Positions 1-10,432 of a stretch of DNA of 61,161 nt are shown piece by piece. This DNA is from Promethearchaeota archaeon Loki_b32 (GTDB taxonomy: Archaea; Asgardarchaeota; Lokiarchaeia; Sigyniarchaeales; SOKP01), in assembly GCA_005223125.1 (NCBI GenBank), contig NJBH01000023.1, forward strand, positions 1-61,161, read 5' to 3'. The stretch's first letter is position 1, and each line of letters opens with the position of its first letter. The notes under the pieces were generated by a model that was not told the DNA's origin, made no database searches, and saw only the letters and a list, made by a program, of their open reading frames with translations. Both the position numbers and the translations under genes were made by a program.

Positions 1-2
1 TA

Positions 3-431
3 GATGAAATGTGTTCTGATATTACTTGGACTTATTGGGTAGGTAGTAATCCTTCAGAAGAATTCATAGATGCGTACAATGCACTTTATGAGTCAAAAGA
101 AATTGCAAATAAATATTATACTGATGGTACTCCAAGTCGTTTGCCTGCCATAAAATGTCGCGAATATTTAGCTGAAAAAGGTTATGATCATGAGAAATTG
201 TTTTTTCATGGATTAGGACACGCGCTAGATTTCGAAGCCCATGGTGTTGGTCCACGAGTAAGTTCGAAAGCACCTGAAAATACTCTACTCAAGGAGAACA
301 TGGTGTATACAAATGAACCCGGGCTCTATTGGATTGGTAAATGGGGGATAAGACTAGAAGATGATCTTATAGTTGGTAAAGAAAAATGCGAACAAGTAAC
401 ATACAACCCTAAAGAGCCTATAGTGATCTAA
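3..431 (+). CDS. Xaa-Pro aminopeptidase (M24 family), C-terminal part; truncated by window start
   Basis: M24 motifs CSDIT, HGLGH, TNEPGLY and GIRLEDD; frame is open to the window edge. Confidence 0.9.
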   Translation, partial: DEMCSDITWTYWVGSNPSEEFIDAYNALYESKEIANKYYTDGTPSRLPAIKCREYLAEKGYDHEKLFFHGLGHALDFEAHGVGPRVSSKAPENTLLKENMVYTNEPGLYWIGKWGIRLEDDLIVGKEKCEQVTYNPKEPIVI

Positions 432-610
432 TCCATTGCTTTTCAGCGATGAAAATATTATGCAATAACTTATAATAATTCTTCAAAATAGTTTATTCAA
501 GCAAAAGCTTTTTATAGTTGATTTGTCACGGGATAATTGAAAATAGTGAAAAAATCTTCACTATTATAGCGAATCTATATTTTTATAATTTTGAAGGTCT
601 TTTTTGAAAT

Positions 611-2005
611 GTGTATAAAATGAAAATAAACAGAAAATGTTTTAGAATTGTTTTTACCGCTTGGATAGGCGTGCTTTTCTTAATGGGTTCGACATTCTTT
701 AACGAGATCAATACGAAACTCAACGAGGATTCTATTCAACTTCATAATTCAAGTGCATCAACTGATCTTTCATATTACACCTGGGGAGGAAGCGGTTCGG
801 AGGACGCATTTGATATCGCAACAGATTCATCAAACAATTCTTATGTAGTTGGGAAAACTAATAGTTTTGGGGAAGGTGATTATGACTTTTGCTTAATAAA
901 GTTCAATTCCTCCGGCGTGGAATGGAATCGAACGTTTGGTGGAATGTATAGTGATTGGGGAAAAAGTATCGTATTGGATTCCTTCAACAATATATACATC
1001 ACAGGGTACACTGAAAGTTATGGTGCTGGTGGCTCTGATATATGGTTGTTAAAAATCAACTCAACTGGGGGTGTGGAATGGAATCATACATGGGGAGGAA
1101 TTTACGACGATGTTGGATGGAGCCTTGCATTGGATTCCCTAAACAACGCGTATGTAACTGGATATACAAAGAGTTTTGGGGAGGGTGATTCGGACATGTG
1201 TTTGGTAAAGTTTAACTCAAGTGGTGTGGTATGGAACTACACTTGCGGAGGAAGCTATATGGATGTAGGTTATAGTGTGAAGCTGGATCCATTAGGGAAC
1301 GCCTATATTGTAGGAGACACTAAAAGCTTTGGAGTGGGAAAAACAGACATTTACTTGGTTAAGTTTAACTCGAGTGGGATGGTATGGAACTATACGTGGG
1401 GATGTGTCGAAGATGATCAGGCGACAGATATAATCTATAGTCCTTCTGGGGACTTATATGTCGCTGGGTATTACGAGCAACCTCCTAATTGCCATATCCC
1501 TCCTGGAGTTGGAATAAATTCTGTTCTAGGCTTGATAAAATTCACTTCTGAAGGAATTTATCAGTGGAACAGCACGTGGAAAGAAGGATATCTAGATTAT
1601 TCCTCTGGAATGGTGATGGATTCTTCAGGAAATGCATACGTTGCAGGATATACTCTCACAGACGGTCTGGGAGATTATGATTGGTGCTTGGTGAGGTTTA
1701 ATTCAAGTGGTGTTGCAGATTGGTATTGCACATGGGGTACAAGTGAATGTGAAGCCTGCAGAGCAGGTGTAGTGCTTGGCTCGAATGGAACGGCTCTCGT
1801 TGCTGGATATACGCTTGGCTACGGTGCTGGCGGAGCTGATATTTGTGTGGTGCAATTCATACTTGGTCAATGCCCAGTCGCACTACCCGAAGACACAAAC
1901 GGTCTAGTGATCCCGGGATATGATCCAGTCATTTTTATTGGTATCGCTGTTGTGATATCGATATGTTTAATCAAAAGAAAACAAAAGTTCACAATGAGAA
2001 AATAA
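611..2005 (+). CDS. Secreted beta-propeller (SBBP-like) repeat protein with C-terminal IPGY-TM-basic sorting signal
   Basis: About seven repeats of WNxTWGG...D...D..GN.YVxGYT.SFG.G..D..L.K; N-terminal hydrophobic segment; C-terminal IPGYD + TM + KRKQK. Confidence 0.85.
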   Translation: MYKMKINRKCFRIVFTAWIGVLFLMGSTFFNEINTKLNEDSIQLHNSSASTDLSYYTWGGSGSEDAFDIATDSSNNSYVVGKTNSFGEGDYDFCLIKFNSSGVEWNRTFGGMYSDWGKSIVLDSFNNIYITGYTESYGAGGSDIWLLKINSTGGVEWNHTWGGIYDDVGWSLALDSLNNAYVTGYTKSFGEGDSDMCLVKFNSSGVVWNYTCGGSYMDVGYSVKLDPLGNAYIVGDTKSFGVGKTDIYLVKFNSSGMVWNYTWGCVEDDQATDIIYSPSGDLYVAGYYEQPPNCHIPPGVGINSVLGLIKFTSEGIYQWNSTWKEGYLDYSSGMVMDSSGNAYVAGYTLTDGLGDYDWCLVRFNSSGVADWYCTWGTSECEACRAGVVLGSNGTALVAGYTLGYGAGGADICVVQFILGQCPVALPEDTNGLVIPGYDPVIFIGIAVVISICLIKRKQKFTMRK

Positions 2006-2334
2006 AAATATTAATATCCTAATAGGATTATCTAAACCACAATTTTTCAGATCTCTTTGTTATAAAGATCAAAAATTGATACTCACAGGAGAATGATAGA
2101 AAAAAAGAGAAAAAGTCGGAAAACATGATATTCAAATTAGGTAAATGTGATTAAGATTAGGGTCTTGAAAAAACACATTCATCACAATATTTATATTAGG
2201 TTAAATTATACAGAGTGAATAAATAGAGATAGTTTTACTGGGATTGTATGTTTTAAAAAAAAATTAAAAATATTAGATTATTTAAAAGATTATTAATAAT
2301 TACTAATATTGAAGAAAATAACCGTGGGTTAAAA

Positions 2335-3498
2335 ATGGTGAAAATAAAATGTTTTAAATGTAATTCTACAAGTATTGCTTCAAAACCATTTTTACATCGA
2401 AACCCTATAGGTACAACTTCTCGTTCTACATATAGAAGAGAAATTGTTACAGATCATTACCAACTTATTCCTTTAGCTGTTTGTAAAAAATGTAAGAGAC
2501 AATTTAATATTACTCAGAGATTAATTCCTTTTATGAGATTTCCATGTTGTTGGTGTGTAATTTTTTTTTTTCCAATAATAGGTTTCATAACTATTGGTTT
2601 TGCATTCTTACCAGGATTAATACTAATACTTATTGGTTTTTTAACGTTGGTATTTGCACTCTATTCTATGTATCGAGATACTAAATATTCTAAGCGCAGT
2701 AGTGGCAGGTATTTAAGAGTGTTTGGTAATGAGATATATGTAAAATCAGAGGATATGGTTGAATGGGTACACTATAATGAATTTATATCTGATGATTTTA
2801 AACCGTTAGTTTTAGATAAAACAGATAAAGTCCAGTTAAGATCTGTAATAATATCTCGGGTTAAACAAGGACATCAACTACAAAAATTAAACTTAAAGGG
2901 AACCGCAGAATTAGTTTCAGATTATTTCAATTTGGTAAATAATACAAAATCTTTATCCGAATATAGTAATTTATTAATTGAATTAATTCAAATAGATACA
3001 GCGTATTTTCATAACATGCTTTATCCTTGGGTATTGAAAAGACAGCTAAAAGCCTTTTCTGAGAAAGATTTACTAGACATGGAAAAAAAAATAGTCAAGA
3101 ATTCATTTATAGCAATAGATATTGGTGAAAATATAATAACGGATTTTCTAGGGACAATTTTTGTAAAACACTTAAAAAAAGAAAAAATCACTATTCAAGG
3201 TCATATTTTCTTTACTAATTATAGAATCTTATGTCCCTTCTGCCAATTTAAAATTAAAGATTCCATTCATGATTTAGAAGATAAAATTCTTCAACAACAG
3301 AAAGAAAAGATTACTGTTGGGTCACTTAAACCTTTTCTGAACATTCCCATAAATGTAGCAAACGATAATGTAGAATTAAAAGGTTTGTATCTTGTTATGC
3401 AGTCTAACTTTTATGAGAATTATAGGTTAGATATTAAGATAAGCTCTGTGGAATATTTAAAACATCATTATCAACTAATAAAAAAAGGATTCAAGTAG
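2335..3498 (+). CDS. Hypothetical membrane protein: N-terminal CxxC...CxxC zinc ribbon, two TM helices, possible PH/GRAM-like C-terminal domain
   Basis: CFKC and CKKC; hydrophobic hairpin; GHIFFTNYRIL resembles the GRAM/PH G.L..T..R.. motif. Confidence 0.55.
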   Translation: MVKIKCFKCNSTSIASKPFLHRNPIGTTSRSTYRREIVTDHYQLIPLAVCKKCKRQFNITQRLIPFMRFPCCWCVIFFFPIIGFITIGFAFLPGLILILIGFLTLVFALYSMYRDTKYSKRSSGRYLRVFGNEIYVKSEDMVEWVHYNEFISDDFKPLVLDKTDKVQLRSVIISRVKQGHQLQKLNLKGTAELVSDYFNLVNNTKSLSEYSNLLIELIQIDTAYFHNMLYPWVLKRQLKAFSEKDLLDMEKKIVKNSFIAIDIGENIITDFLGTIFVKHLKKEKITIQGHIFFTNYRILCPFCQFKIKDSIHDLEDKILQQQKEKITVGSLKPFLNIPINVANDNVELKGLYLVMQSNFYENYRLDIKISSVEYLKHHYQLIKKGFK

Positions 3499-3592
3499 AA
3501 ATTTATAAAATCATAGTTTACGCATTGAAAGAAAATATTAAGATTCTTAAGAAATTACAAGAGAGAGCACAAAAGTAAGAATTTCATCAGAA

Positions 3593-3967
3593 TTGGATCC
3601 GGATTTTAATTACTATGATCTCGAAATGGGGAGTCCAAAGGAAGAGCGTAGGACATTTCACAGGAAATTCAATGGAAGACTTATTAATAGGTGTTATAAT
3701 GAGCTAATTCAATGTGCGCACCAATCTAACTCCAGATTTGCTTTCCATGCATTAGGAGTCATAATATTAGAGTATGGGGCAAAGATGCCTGATGAAATTA
3801 AGAAGCTTATTATTGAAAATTCTCGTTGGATAGATGGGCGTAATAGATTTAAACATAAGCTAGCCCCAACTGAAAGAAAAAAATATCTTTTCGACTTTAT
3901 AGCAAAATTGTTAGAATATAAAGATGGAGAAATTGTTAAATTTCCTTGGGTACCAGAAGGCAATTAA
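3593..3967 (+). CDS. Hypothetical protein (possibly a fragment)
   Basis: 124-aa ORF with TTG start; its 3' part is duplicated downstream. Confidence 0.5.
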   Translation: MDPDFNYYDLEMGSPKEERRTFHRKFNGRLINRCYNELIQCAHQSNSRFAFHALGVIILEYGAKMPDEIKKLIIENSRWIDGRNRFKHKLAPTERKKYLFDFIAKLLEYKDGEIVKFPWVPEGN

Positions 3968-4184
3968 TTTCACAGAATTCTTTAGGATTATTATTGACAT
4001 TTCGTTAAGAAATATTGTCAACTTTGTAATTTTTAAATATAAATAAATTTCTAAGTTATAAAATTCAAAAATTAATACTGGAAAATTCTCGTTGGATAGA
4101 TGAGCGTAATAGATTTAAACATAAGCGAGCCCGAACTGAAAGAAAAAAATATCTTTTCGCCTTTATAGCAAAAATTTTAGAATA
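3815..4184 (+). repeat. Imperfect 104-bp direct repeat (3815-3918 and 4081-4184)
   Basis: gaaaattctcgttggatagatg...ttagaata occurs twice with a few substitutions. Confidence 0.9.
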
Positions 4185-4455
4185 AAGGAAGAAAAAATAA
4201 TAATAATATCTTGAATTTATAAATTCTCCAATTTATAAGATAAAAATTAATAAATTTTGAAGGTCTTCATTCAGGAGATTGTAGTTAGCTACAATTTTTA
4301 GTATAATAATCATTAAGATCTTTAGAATCCAATCCTAATAGATTTCTATATTTCTTATTATTAAATTTTAATTATAAGTTAAATTGCTAGAAATTAATTT
4401 CAGGTTTAGTACAGACACAATATCTTATATATCGAAGAATTAAAAGAAAAAAAGG

Positions 4456-4628
4456 AAAAGCTCGGAAATCATGATATTCAAAATTGCAAAAAGAGGAGAC
4501 GTATTTATCTAATAACAGGGTTAAGGGTTGAGGTATTTAGCCGATTCAACGGCATTAGGTATTTCCCAATGTGGAGTATCCCTCCGCATTTTAAGAATAT
4601 ATTTTTTATCATGATATTCCGATCTTTT
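4456..4628. other. Structured intergenic element closed by about 21-nt terminal inverted repeats (candidate ncRNA or MITE-like element)
   Basis: aaaagctcggaaatcatgata (4456-4476) is complementary to tatcatgatattccgatctttt (4607-4628); internal hairpins; left arm recurs at 2111-2138. Confidence 0.45.
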
Positions 4629-4719
4629 TATTTACATTTAATGTTCATCAAAAACTAGTATTTAAGGATTTCCTTTTTTTTCACATGAAAAAAATGACAA
4701 AGTTTTCTTATTTTTTTTA

Positions 4720-5574
4720 TTAAATATCTAATTTCCTTTCCTTTATCAACTCAAATAATGACTCGTTTATTATAGGTTTTCCATATTTGTTAGAAAAATT
4801 TACTAAAATTAATTTTATTAACTTCTTTTTCTTGTAGTATTTAATGTTACAGTCATTTTTATTGGAAAATTTTCGAAGATTATCATTTTTCGTTCTACAA
4901 TTATTAAAATTCCGAAATTTCTTTTCTTTTAAAAATTTGAGAATTTTTTCTTTTAAAATCCGTTTTACATTTTTATCGTAAAATCTAGCAATATCAAACC
5001 CATTAAAATTAACACATAATAGATTCCAACTTGGAATTTTAGCGAAATTAACATTTTTAATATAATAGCTCTCAAATTTTGATCGAAATATTTTTCGATA
5101 CTTCTTTTTTGAAGAGAGAGAAAAATGTAAGGCAAAAGGAGGTGTAATTGTGGTTTTATCTTTATAAAATTTTATATTGACATAATATACTCGTCCACCG
5201 TACATTCCATGAAGAAAATTTTCAACCGAACTTATTTTAACATTCTTTTTGTCTTCGGGAAATTTCGGTGAGGCCACACAACCACCCTTTCCATAGATTA
5301 TCCAAAGTACATGTATACCATTCTTGTTATAATATTCAGTTCGTTCAATGATTTCTTTTACTGAAATATATGAATTCTGAACTTCTACAACAATTTCTTC
5401 ACCAGATTTAAATCTGAAATATACATCTGCTCTTCTATTAATAAAATATTTTTCAAGAGATTTCTCTATTAAATCTTTATTGTTTTCTGAGATATATTTG
5501 AAAAATAATCTTTTAATTGCTTTATGGTAAAAGGATTCTGATTTCGTGTTATGAGTAGATAAAAGATTAGACAT
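4720..5574 (-). CDS. CoiA-like PD-(D/E)xK nuclease-family protein
   Basis: ES..H..IK, RRADV, VVEVQ.S.IS..EI.ERT..Y...GI.VLWI. Confidence 0.8.
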   Translation of the reverse strand: MSNLLSTHNTKSESFYHKAIKRLFFKYISENNKDLIEKSLEKYFINRRADVYFRFKSGEEIVVEVQNSYISVKEIIERTEYYNKNGIHVLWIIYGKGGCVASPKFPEDKKNVKISSVENFLHGMYGGRVYYVNIKFYKDKTTITPPFALHFSLSSKKKYRKIFRSKFESYYIKNVNFAKIPSWNLLCVNFNGFDIARFYDKNVKRILKEKILKFLKEKKFRNFNNCRTKNDNLRKFSNKNDCNIKYYKKKKLIKLILVNFSNKYGKPIINESLFELIKERKLDI

Positions 5575-5712
5575 TAGTTAAGTGAATATTTTATCTTTAT
5601 CTTAGTTAAATAAAATTGATTTTCAAAAATAAAGTTAAACGGGTAAAAAGTTTAATAAATTTTTAAATAAGATTTTTATTACTATCCTAAGTCAAACTCT
5701 ACTTTGAACAAA

Positions 5713-6906
5713 TTAACCTTTCCCCAAATTAGGTATATATTTCTCATCCGAGATTTCTATAAGAGATTTTGTGTAATCTATTATTTTCTTGGTTATTTCA
5801 GGGTGAGAAAGCATCTGAACTTGAACTTTTTCTCCTCGATCCCATAATAAATAAGGAGGGTCTTCATACTGGGCAATTTCTTTAGCTTCTTTTATCCAAC
5901 TATCTGGTAATTCATTTTCTAATTCTATATCGAGCATTTTGGATAAAAATATAGTCCATGCTCTTGGAACAACGGTCATCAAATACCCCCCACCACCTAA
6001 AGCCACCCATTTATTTTGACAATATTCACGTGCAGCTGTTTTCAATGTTTGAGCAATGTCTCTATAAATAGATAGTGAGAATCCCATTTGGGTTAGTGGG
6101 TCATCAAAATATGTATCTACTCCAAGTTGAGTTATTAAAATATCCGGAGCATATGCTTCTAATAATTTTGGAGCGGTTTTTCTAAACAAATTTAAAAATG
6201 GCTTATTATGTGTTCCTGGTAATAATGGAAAATTTATGGAAAAGCCTTTTCCTTTTCCTTCTCCATTTTCATTAATGTTCCCCGTCCCTGGAAAGAGGAA
6301 TCTACCATCTTGATGATATGAAATTGTTAAAACATTGGGATCATCATAAAATAGCCATTGAACACCATCTCCATGGTGACAATCAATATCTAGATAAGCA
6401 ATTTTAATATCCTTTTTTAACGTCTTGAGATGATTTATAGCCACTCCAATATCATTAAAAATACAAAAACCTGATGCTTTGTCTTTCATAGCATGATGTA
6501 AACCACCTGCGGGATTAAATGCGATTTTAAATTCTTCTTCATTCCAAACAGTTTCAACGGCTTTAATCGACGCCCCACATATTAGAGCAGATGCTTCATA
6601 CATTCCTTTAAAAATTGGATTATCTCCAGGACCTAAACCATAACGATATGGAATCACACTATTATCTTTAGGATTTTCACTTAATTTTTTGACAACCTTA
6701 ATATATTCTGGTGAGTGTGTGCTTTCAATTTCTTGTTGAGTAGCTATTCGAGGTTGTATAATTGTTAGTCTTTGATGTTCTAATAATTTTAATTTCTCCA
6801 TTAGACTATATGTCAACTTAAGTCTTAAGGGTCTTAAAGGATGATCTCTACCAAAATTGTATCTTTGATATTCATCTGTATAGATGAGTCCGACTTTATC
6901 AACCAT
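5713..6906 (-). CDS. acuC: Class I histone deacetylase / AcuC family deacetylase
   Basis: HPLRPLRL, GGLHHA, SGFCIFND, YLDIDCHHGDGVQ, FPGTG, GGGGY. Confidence 0.93.
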   Translation of the reverse strand: MVDKVGLIYTDEYQRYNFGRDHPLRPLRLKLTYSLMEKLKLLEHQRLTIIQPRIATQQEIESTHSPEYIKVVKKLSENPKDNSVIPYRYGLGPGDNPIFKGMYEASALICGASIKAVETVWNEEEFKIAFNPAGGLHHAMKDKASGFCIFNDIGVAINHLKTLKKDIKIAYLDIDCHHGDGVQWLFYDDPNVLTISYHQDGRFLFPGTGNINENGEGKGKGFSINFPLLPGTHNKPFLNLFRKTAPKLLEAYAPDILITQLGVDTYFDDPLTQMGFSLSIYRDIAQTLKTAAREYCQNKWVALGGGGYLMTVVPRAWTIFLSKMLDIELENELPDSWIKEAKEIAQYEDPPYLLWDRGEKVQVQMLSHPEITKKIIDYTKSLIEISDEKYIPNLGKG

Positions 6907-7100
6907 ACTAGTAATTAAAATATAAAATCCTATTAATTATATTAATGTAAATTATATTTCTCTTTTATTTTTCTTGTTATATTTGATAAATTCTAAAAAA
7001 AAGTATTAATAAATATGAGAACTTGTATTATCAAAATATCATATTAAAAAAAATATAAGAAATAAATAGTTCATATAGAATTAATTTCAATCTTAAGAGA

Positions 7101-7655
7101 ATGAGCCAAAACTTCCGAAAATTTATAACTCGAGTGGGTCGGGAATCTGAATTTAAACCACTTAAGAACCAATTGCTTAATTACTTAAAAAAAGAGAGCG
7201 AAAATAAGTATAAGAATTATCCTAGGCTTTTGGAGTTAATGACAAATTATTGGCCAGAATATAAAGATCGCTCGCGCATCTCTCATCTCTTAATAGATCA
7301 TCATGAAGAAATTTTTTCTTTTTATTTGAATACATTCTTTCATTTCCGAAAGGGGGGCTTATCGTTCTCTGATCCAGAAGCCCCTACTCCCGTCGATTTC
7401 AAATTAGTCTTTAAATATCATTATAATGTTAAAGAAGTTGAAATTATCGAAGATGTGATGAAAGAAATAAATCTAGATGCCAGCACAGAATCCATTTTAA
7501 AGAGACTTTTTATATTTACGGTAAGTTCTTTTGGTTTTATGGTTGAACAAATATTTGGGAGACCATTTGCGTTCCAATTTTTTGATATTTCTGCAAATTC
7601 TCTTCCTAATAATGAATGGGAAGTAATCGCAATAATTTCTGGAAGGGAACAATAA
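7101..7655 (+). CDS. Hypothetical protein
   Basis: 184-aa ORF with ATG start; no recognised motif. Confidence 0.6.
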   Translation: MSQNFRKFITRVGRESEFKPLKNQLLNYLKKESENKYKNYPRLLELMTNYWPEYKDRSRISHLLIDHHEEIFSFYLNTFFHFRKGGLSFSDPEAPTPVDFKLVFKYHYNVKEVEIIEDVMKEINLDASTESILKRLFIFTVSSFGFMVEQIFGRPFAFQFFDISANSLPNNEWEVIAIISGREQ

Positions 7656-7693
7656 TATATTCTAATAATAATTGTTAGTTTTAATATAAATTA

Positions 7694-8122
7694 TTAATCC
7701 TTACTAAGAAATGAACTTAAATCCATCATGTCATCCCCTCGTTTCACTTGAATCTTAGACCTTATACCTTTGGCTTTCCTTTCAAGATATATAATCGCAT
7801 CAAGAGGTATTTTTCTTGGAACTCCTCCTCTCTGCTGTATTAATGTTAATAAATAATCAATGTTTTGTATTACATCTGGACTTATAAGTTCATTATAAAT
7901 ATTCTGATAAACAAGGGGTTCATTAACCTTTATATTGTTTAGATGTGTATACGCATCCTGAGCTAAAACAACTTTTAAAACGAAATCAATTTTTTCATAT
8001 ATAGAACTAACTCTTTCTTGAGCAGCTTCCTTTCTCTTTTTAGCATCCATCATTACCTTCATCTTTCGCATACGAATTTTTTCTAATTCATGTTGGTCAA
8101 TATTATAGTTATTTTCACTCAT
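7694..8122 (-). CDS. PDCD5-like (DNA-binding, TFAR19 family) protein
   Basis: ELEKIRMRKM N-terminus, VL..DA...L..IK core and KIQVKR near the C-terminus resemble PDCD5. Confidence 0.6.
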   Translation of the reverse strand: MSENNYNIDQHELEKIRMRKMKVMMDAKKRKEAAQERVSSIYEKIDFVLKVVLAQDAYTHLNNIKVNEPLVYQNIYNELISPDVIQNIDYLLTLIQQRGGVPRKIPLDAIIYLERKAKGIRSKIQVKRGDDMMDLSSFLSKD

Positions 8123-8365
8123 CTATTTTTTTTCTCTTTAGTCCTATTTACTTTTTAGCGGCTCTCACTATTTTATAATACACATTAACTATACATCCAA
8201 TAATTAAAGTAATGACGTCCTAAATAATAAGTTTGTGAAGTTTACTTAAGACGGATCTAAATTTACTCCATTGTATTTGAATCTTTTGAATATCAAAACA
8301 AATTAAATAAAGAGTTTTAAAGTTTAAATATTAATAAATTAAATGTAATTTAATTCTATCCTTAT

Positions 8366-10357
8366 ATGTATTGGTGCTTAATTATTAAATCTAAATCTCA
8401 TTTACTATTAATCTTATTTTTCGTTTGTTTTTGTTTTAATAATGGTCTTTATATGGAACAAGTTCCAAGAATTTCAGAAAAAGTGGAAGACATTTCGAGA
8501 ATTAATGAAAAAGAGTTAAATCAAACACCAGAATTATCATCAAATGGTGTAGAATTTTCCAGTTATAATCTTTCAGTTATTTTCAATCCATCTACTTCAA
8601 GTGTTTCTGGAAATTTGACTGTAAATTATTATAATAATGATCCTGTTGATTTTGAACAGATTCCTTTTCATCTGTTTTTATCAGGCATGCAATATGTAAG
8701 TAGAGAGGGAGATATTGATATTTTAAACGTTACTACTGTAAGTGAACCAAAAACACCTTTAAATTTTACTGTAGATGAACAAGCTCAACTTTTATGGGTT
8801 AATTTATCAACAACTTTAAATCCTTACGAAAGTATATCTTTTGAAATAGAATTTCATTCTATTATCCCGGATGGAGGACTTGACAGAGCAAATTCTCATG
8901 GCGAAGGGAATAATACAATTTTTAAATTTACAAGTTTCTATCCAATGCCATGTGTTTATGATGAGTTTGATGGATGGAATACTGATCCTTATCTAGACGT
9001 AGGTGATCCATTTTATCACGATATGGCTTACTATGATCTTATTATTGAAGCTCCAAAAAACATAACTATAGCAGCAACGGGAGAATTAATAGATAAGATA
9101 AATAAAGAAGCAACAATTGTACATCATTTTAGTCCACGATCAGTGGAAAATTTTGATCCATTACCAGTAAGAGAAGTAACATTTGCAGCTTCAGAAGGTT
9201 ATAAGAATGAATGGGAAATTATTAATGATGTTAATGTTTCTACTTATTACATACCAAATTCAGAAGAAATGTGGGAAAATAACGCTTTGGATTATTCTGT
9301 AGCGGCATTCAATCTTTTTAATGACACATTCGGTTTTTATCCGTATTCCACTCTTAATATTGTTGAGGAATATGCTCTTTATTTAGGAATGGAGTATCCA
9401 TTACAAGTGTATGCTTCAGAAATAATTGATAATTATGAATATTCTACGGCTGTTAAAAAACAGATTTTAGAAAAAGTAATCGTCCATGAAATTGCTCACC
9501 AGTGGTGGTACAATTTAGTTGGTTTTGACGAGATAGATTGGGGATTTTTAGATGAAGGGCTAACATGCTGGTCTACTGATTATTACGCAGAAATAATACA
9601 TGGCAATTGGGAATATTTTCAGTGGACAAAATATTATGATAGAGTAAGGACATACTACGCAGACGAATACCTTCCTTCAAAGATAAATCAATCCGCTTAT
9701 GATCTCATTGCTACTAGCTTAGATTGGGTATATATTTCATATTATAAATCTCCTTTAATATTTGAGAAAATTTGTAGAACTTTAGGTGAATCCAATTTTC
9801 TAATAGGATTAAGTAATTTTTTTGAACAATATAAATTTGAAATTGCCTTATTATCTAATTTACAAGATGTATTCGAGGCTTTCATTGGGTCATCGTTAGA
9901 TTGGTTATTCTTTCCTTGGTTTGATAATGATTATATTCCAAACTATCGATTCACTAAATGCGGTTATGATGAAAATACAAACAAATTAACAGTTATAATT
10001 GCAGACCAGAATGAAACTATAAATGATTACTTATATTCTCAGCAAGTAATGCTTTATGTATATGATTCTGGGGATTCGATAATATATAGCGACTATGTAT
10101 GGATAAATAGCACAACAACTATAGTTATTCCTCTTGTAGATATCCCTTACAATGTCAGATTGGAGTATGGTCAAGACGTAATAGCTCAATTAGGGGATGA
10201 GAATATAACATATATTGAAAGTCTAGTTGATGTTGAAGAAGAAAAAGGAAAAATATTCGGATTTGATGTATCCTTACTTCTAATCTTCTTTGTAGTACCA
10301 TTGATTTATCTAATTTACAAACTAAAAATCAAGCAGAAAAGAAATTCTAAAAATTAA
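8366..10357 (+). CDS. Membrane-anchored M1 family zinc aminopeptidase
   Basis: GMEYP; HEIAHQWW...LDEG (HEXXH-18-E); signal peptide; C-terminal IFGFD-TM-basic anchor. Confidence 0.9.
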   Translation: MYWCLIIKSKSHLLLILFFVCFCFNNGLYMEQVPRISEKVEDISRINEKELNQTPELSSNGVEFSSYNLSVIFNPSTSSVSGNLTVNYYNNDPVDFEQIPFHLFLSGMQYVSREGDIDILNVTTVSEPKTPLNFTVDEQAQLLWVNLSTTLNPYESISFEIEFHSIIPDGGLDRANSHGEGNNTIFKFTSFYPMPCVYDEFDGWNTDPYLDVGDPFYHDMAYYDLIIEAPKNITIAATGELIDKINKEATIVHHFSPRSVENFDPLPVREVTFAASEGYKNEWEIINDVNVSTYYIPNSEEMWENNALDYSVAAFNLFNDTFGFYPYSTLNIVEEYALYLGMEYPLQVYASEIIDNYEYSTAVKKQILEKVIVHEIAHQWWYNLVGFDEIDWGFLDEGLTCWSTDYYAEIIHGNWEYFQWTKYYDRVRTYYADEYLPSKINQSAYDLIATSLDWVYISYYKSPLIFEKICRTLGESNFLIGLSNFFEQYKFEIALLSNLQDVFEAFIGSSLDWLFFPWFDNDYIPNYRFTKCGYDENTNKLTVIIADQNETINDYLYSQQVMLYVYDSGDSIIYSDYVWINSTTTIVIPLVDIPYNVRLEYGQDVIAQLGDENITYIESLVDVEEEKGKIFGFDVSLLLIFFVVPLIYLIYKLKIKQKRNSKN

Positions 10358-10432
10358 TCTAATAGGATTACTTAATCGTCTTGAAGTATTTGGAGAGCTT
10401 CGTTTAAATACCGTGAAGTATAATGAGATTAA

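Noticed and set aside
4517-4533. Telomere-like AGGGTTAAGGGTT (telomerase-template-like on the minus strand)
   Set aside because: Only two short imperfect units and no RT gene; resemblance is probably coincidental
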